Assembly (NCBI GenBank): GCA_002269645.1
Contig: NIVC01002952.1
Location: 23,878 to 87,877, forward strand
Direction of reading: 5' to 3'
From: Macrostomum lignano
Taxonomy: Eukaryota
DNA: 64,000 nt
Made by a program: the position numbers and the translations under genes
In this document: in pieces, positions 59,726 to 64,000 of the stretch
How positions within the stretch are numbered: position 1 is the stretch's first letter
Layout of the letters: each line of letters begins with the position of its first letter
Notes under the pieces: model-generated
Databases searched by the model: none
What the model saw: the letters and a program-made list of their open reading frames with translations, nothing else
What the model was told of the DNA's origin: nothing

Positions 59726-60464
59726 ACTATTATTGTAGTAATCCTAATATATATATATATATTATCAGCTCAATAAGCATAGTTTAAATTACTTTCTGGC
59801 GTCCATTAAGTGTTCAACTGTTGTATATCGCTGCAAGAATAATTTCGCATTATACAACCTTGCCTGTTCTCGCGCACAAGTTAAGTCAGTGAGAATTTGA
59901 TTAAAAATTGTACAAAGTATTGTAGCGTTTTTTGTGCTAAATGCTACTCGCATGCTACTATTGAGACATTCTAGCCAATGCTAGTAGCTCCTTCATTTGC
60001 CATTCGCTGAGAAGCTTATTTATATTTTGTTTCATTACTGTCCATCCTAACTAACTCTTATAAATTATTATATATAATTGTTCCGATTGTGTTCAATTTT
60101 TATTGTTTGTAACTTTTTATTGGGATAAGGGGGAATTGTTAAACAGTTGCTGACATTAATGAAAAATATTTGCGTTTGTAAAAATAATATACCTGGTAAA
60201 TTTCCGACCTTAGAGTTCCAATGTGGGATTCTGCAGGTAAATAATTGGTGCAAGCAGACTGAAGTTTGCTGTGTTTAAGTTCAACTTGCTACCCTGGTCT
60301 GCATAAAAAACTTGTTTAAATTGTTTTGTTGGCTTTAACTTGGCGCAACAGAAATTTCGAGTTTGTAACTGCAGTTTGGAATTTTATATAAACGTGGATT
60401 TTAGTTGGCGTTTATTTATTGTTCAAATTATAATTCTTTTCTATGCCTCTTTTATGCTTGCAGA

Positions 60465-61735
60465 TTCTAATAGGGTAGGTAGGGTATTCTAATTGAGTAA
60501 GTTTAGAATTCTAATTGGGTAGGTTGGGGATTCTGATTGGGTAGGTTGGGGATTCTGATTGGGTAGATTGGGGATTCTGATTGGGTAGGTAGGGGATTCT
60601 GATTGGGTAGGTTGGGGATTCTGATTGGGTAGGTTGGGGATTCTGATTGGGTAGGTTGGGGATTCTGATTGGGTAGATTGGGGATTCTGATTGGGTAGGT
60701 AGGGGATTCTGATTGGGTAGGTTGGGGATTCTGATTGGGTAGGTTGGGGATTCTGATTGGGTAGGTTGGGGATTCTGATTGGGTAGGTTGGGGATTCTGA
60801 TTGGGTAGATTGGGGATTCTGATTGGGTAGGTAGGGGATTCTGATTGGGTAGGTTGGGGATTCTGATTGGGTAGGTTGGGGATTCTGATTGGGTAGGTTG
60901 GGGATTCTGATTGGGTAGATTGGGGATTCTGATTGGGTAGGTAGGGGATTCTGATTGGGTAGGTTGGGGATTCTGATTGGGTAGGTTGGGGATTCTGATT
61001 GGGTAGGTTGGGGATTCTGATTGGGTAGATTGGGGATTCTGATTGGGTAGGTAGGGGATTCTGATTGGGTAGGTTGGGGATTCTGATTGGGTAGGTTGGG
61101 GATTCTGATTGGGTAGGTTGGGGATTCTGATTGGGTAGGTTGGGGATTCTAATAGGGTAGGTTGGGGATTCTAATTGAGTAGGTTTAGAATTCTAATTGG
61201 GTAGGTTGGGGATTCTAATAGGGTAGGTTGTGATTCTAATTGGGTGGATTGAAGGATTCTAATTGGGTAGGTTAAGGATTCTAATTGGGTAGGTTGGGGA
61301 TTCTAATTGGGTAGGTTGGGGATTCTAATAGGGTAGGTTGTGATTCTAATTGGGTGGATTGAAGGATTCTAATTGGGTAGGTTAAGGGATTCTAATTGGG
61401 TAGGTTGGGATTCTAATTGGGTAGGTAGGGGATTCTGATTGGGTAGGTTGGGGATTCTGATTGGGTAGGTTGGGGATTCTGATTGGGTAAGTTGGGGATT
61501 CTGATTGGGTAGGTTGGGGATTCTTATTGGGTAGCTTTGGGATTCTTATTGGGTAGCTTTGGTATTCTTATTGGGTAGGTTGGGGGATTCTAATTGGGTA
61601 GGTTGGGATTCTAATCGGTAGCTTGGGGATTCTGATCGGGTAGGTTGGGCATTCTAATTGGGTAGGTTGGGGATTCTAATTGGGTAGGTTGGGGATTCTG
61701 ATTGGGTAGCTTTGGGATTAAATCAGGTAGGTCTT
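60465..61735. repeat. 22-bp G-rich minisatellite (gggtaggttggggattctgatt), more than 50 copies
   Basis: Direct reading; ends about 100 nt before the DAP3 acceptor. Confidence 0.96.
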
Positions 61736-61845
61736 CATCCCCTTAAGGTCTAATCTTGGTAGATCAGCATCGCCCGAGTCTAATTAGTGGACAAGCAATG
61801 TACTAATAAGATGAGTCTATTTTCGCCAGACCGGTTCAGTATCAC

Positions 61846-63772
61846 ATGATCAATCCCGTTTCCCCATTTCTGCTGCTGTCCCGCTCCATTGCTAACTGGC
61901 TGCTTCGGCGGCGCCAGCTTTCGCCTTTTGGCGCGTGCGTCAATCGGCGCGGAGGCGCCAGCGCCGCGCTACTGACAGACGAATCTGCGCCTGAACGGCA
62001 CTCGCTAGATCGACACGTTGGCCTGTTGTACAGACCGGAGGAGGCCGACTGGCAGGCCGTCACCAGGCATTTCTGCCGGCCCGAGCTGGTGCGCCTGTTC
62101 GACACGCTCGGCCAGCGAGCGCTGATGGTTCGACGCCCGGCGTTGGAGATTGGCGAGCGGCTGGCCGGGCACGCTGGCGACGGGCGGCCCTGCCTTCGGT
62201 TTGTGCTCTACGGCCGACGGGGCAGCGGCAAGTCGTTGCAGTGAGCAGCTGGAAACTCAGCGCATTGGCTATCTTAATTGTCCTTGACAATCTCCAATGA
62301 GGATCTCATGGTAGTCCTTGACAATCTCCAATGAGGATCTCATGGTAGTCCTTGACAATCTCCAATGAGGATCTCATGGTAGTCCTTGACAATCTCCAAT
62401 AAGGATCTCATGGTAGTCCTTGACAATCACCTACGAGTCCCTCATGGTAGTCCTTGCTAATCTCCTATGAGTCTCTAATGGTAGTCCTTGGCAATCTCCG
62501 ATGAGGATCTCATAGTAGTCCTTGACAATCTCCAATGAGATTCTCATGGTAGTCCTTAGCAATCTCCAATGAGAATATCATGGTAGTCCTTGGCAATCTC
62601 CAATGAGTATCTCATGGTAGTCCTTGACAATCTCCAATGAGAATCTCATGGTAGTCCTTGACAATCACCTACGAGTCCCTCATGGTAGTCCTTGGCAATC
62701 TCCAATGAGGATCTCATGGTAGTCCTTGACAATCTCCAATGAGATTCTCATGGTAGTCCTTAGCAATCTCCAATGAGAATATCATGGTAGTCCTTGGCAA
62801 TCTCCAATGAGTATCTCATGGTAGTCCTTGACAATCTCCAATGAGGATCTCATGGTAGTCCTTGACAATCTCCAATGAGGATCTCATAGTAGTCCTTGAC
62901 AATCTCCAATGAGAATCTCATGGTAGTCCTTGACAATCTCCAATGAGGATCTCATGGTAGTCCTTGACAATCTCCAATGAGGATCTCATAGTAGTCCTTG
63001 ACAATCTCCAATGAGAATATCATGGTAGTCCTTGGCAATCTCCAATGAGAATATCATGGTAGTCCTTGGCAATCTCCAATGATAATCTCATGGTAGTCCT
63101 TGACAATCACCTACGAGTCCCTCATGGTAGTCCTTGACAATCTCTTATGAGTCTTTAATGGTAGTCCTTGATACTTAATTGTCATTTCAATCGCTGTTTA
63201 TAATCAATTCCTTAGACGACGATTCAGATTTTTAAGTCCCACATAAAAGTACAAAATGTCCTCTGAAACCCTCACACGCTTCAGTAATATCACCATGGAA
63301 ACTAAACACCGCTCTCTAAAAATTGCCCCCTACTCAAGATGGGTCACGTGGCCGCTGCTTGCCGCAGGCGGGGCTGGCTGCTAGTCACCGTGCACAATGC
63401 GCACCTGTGGATGCGCCACAGTCGCGAACTGCACGAGAGCGCCCACAGGCCTGGCATGTTCGACACGGCTGGCTACGGCTGCATTTGGTTGCGTCATTTC
63501 TACGCAATGAATCAGGAAATATTGCCCGGCCTTCGAGTCACCAAGGAGCTGAGCTGGAATGCTAAGGAGTCCACGCCTGCCGGCTCCAGCTGGAAGGAGG
63601 TTATCGACTACGCTCTGGCCAGGCCAAGTACAGCTGCGCGGCTGTGCAGTTTCTGATTGACGAGATCAAGCTGGCAGCGTGCTATGCCTACTCTGGTGTG
63701 CTTCGAGGTGGCCAACTGCCTCTGGTGGCACCGGTCCGGTATTAAGAATGACGCTATTCGACGGACTCCGCT
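61846..63772 (+). CDS. DAP3: DAP3 / 28S mitoribosomal protein S29, 5' part (exons 61846-62240 and 63339-63772; continues beyond the window), with apparent indels
   Basis: ALMVRRPALE, P-loop RFVLYGRRGSGKSL, GWLLVTVHNAHLW and WNAKESTPAGS follow human DAP3 (CLMVRKPALE, RYLLYGEKGTGKTL, DWLILHIPDAHLW, WNKRESTEKGS) in order. Confidence 0.9.
62275..63172. repeat. 34-bp minisatellite filling DAP3 intron 1 (gtagtccttgacaatctccaatgaggatctcatg), about 26 copies
   Basis: Direct reading. Confidence 0.96.
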
Positions 63773-63934
63773 GTGAGTTGAGCTGCTTATAAGTTTGCCT
63801 GGGTTGAACTAGATTCTGTTAGTTAGCTCTCTGGAGGGCGTTCAACCTGACCCCTGAGCAGGCATGCACACGCTCATGTAGAGTGTACAGCTGCCTGGCA
63901 GTCTCTGTCTTGTGGTGAGCAGAGTAGATTATGG

Positions 63935-64000
63935 CGTGAGCGGAGGGTATTATGGATAAGCGGAGGGTATTATGGTGAGCGGAGGGTATTATGGATCAGC
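63935..64000. repeat. Start of another intronic tandem repeat (gcggagggtattatgg..)
   Basis: Three units visible before the window ends. Confidence 0.7.

Overview
AT-rich eukaryotic (metazoan) DNA with spliceosomal GT-AG introns. The style (poly-Q SoxB, minisatellite-filled introns, unpaired acceptors just before start codons) suggests a free-living flatworm such as Macrostomum; this is inference only. Genes supported by the sequence: an intronless SoxB1-type HMG-box gene (12199-13242 +); a two-exon calmodulin (17422-18121 +) followed by an orphan 300-nt calmodulin-like exon (18919-19218 +) that is phase- and length-matched to calmodulin exon 2; a KDM7/PHF8-family JmjC demethylase (30111-22009 -) with no visible PHD finger, which can be spliced in frame to three C2H2 zinc fingers; an orphan single-pass membrane protein (about 36.7-35.76 kb -); mitochondrial Phe-tRNA synthetase FARS2 (43225-40044 -); a low-complexity nuclear-type protein (55748-58490 +); and the 5' part of DAP3/MRPS29 (61846- +), which carries apparent indels. 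Two CpG-poor transposon graveyards (about 4.3-12 kb and 43.3-55.7 kb) hold nested hAT, P-like, piggyBac, mariner, Tc1 and LTR-like elements, several with readable target-site duplications (TSDs). The gene-dense parts carry about 20 different tandem repeats, nearly one per intron. Most long ORFs in the supplied track (e.g. 30217-32199, 40694-41383, 23320-23909) are repeat artefacts. I found no rRNA, genuine tRNA or CRISPR array. Best leads: (1) calmodulin with two alternative last exons, canonical versus EF-hand-degenerate; (2) a JmjC demethylase that may have swapped its PHD reader for C2H2 fingers. All splice models were built by hand and need transcript confirmation.
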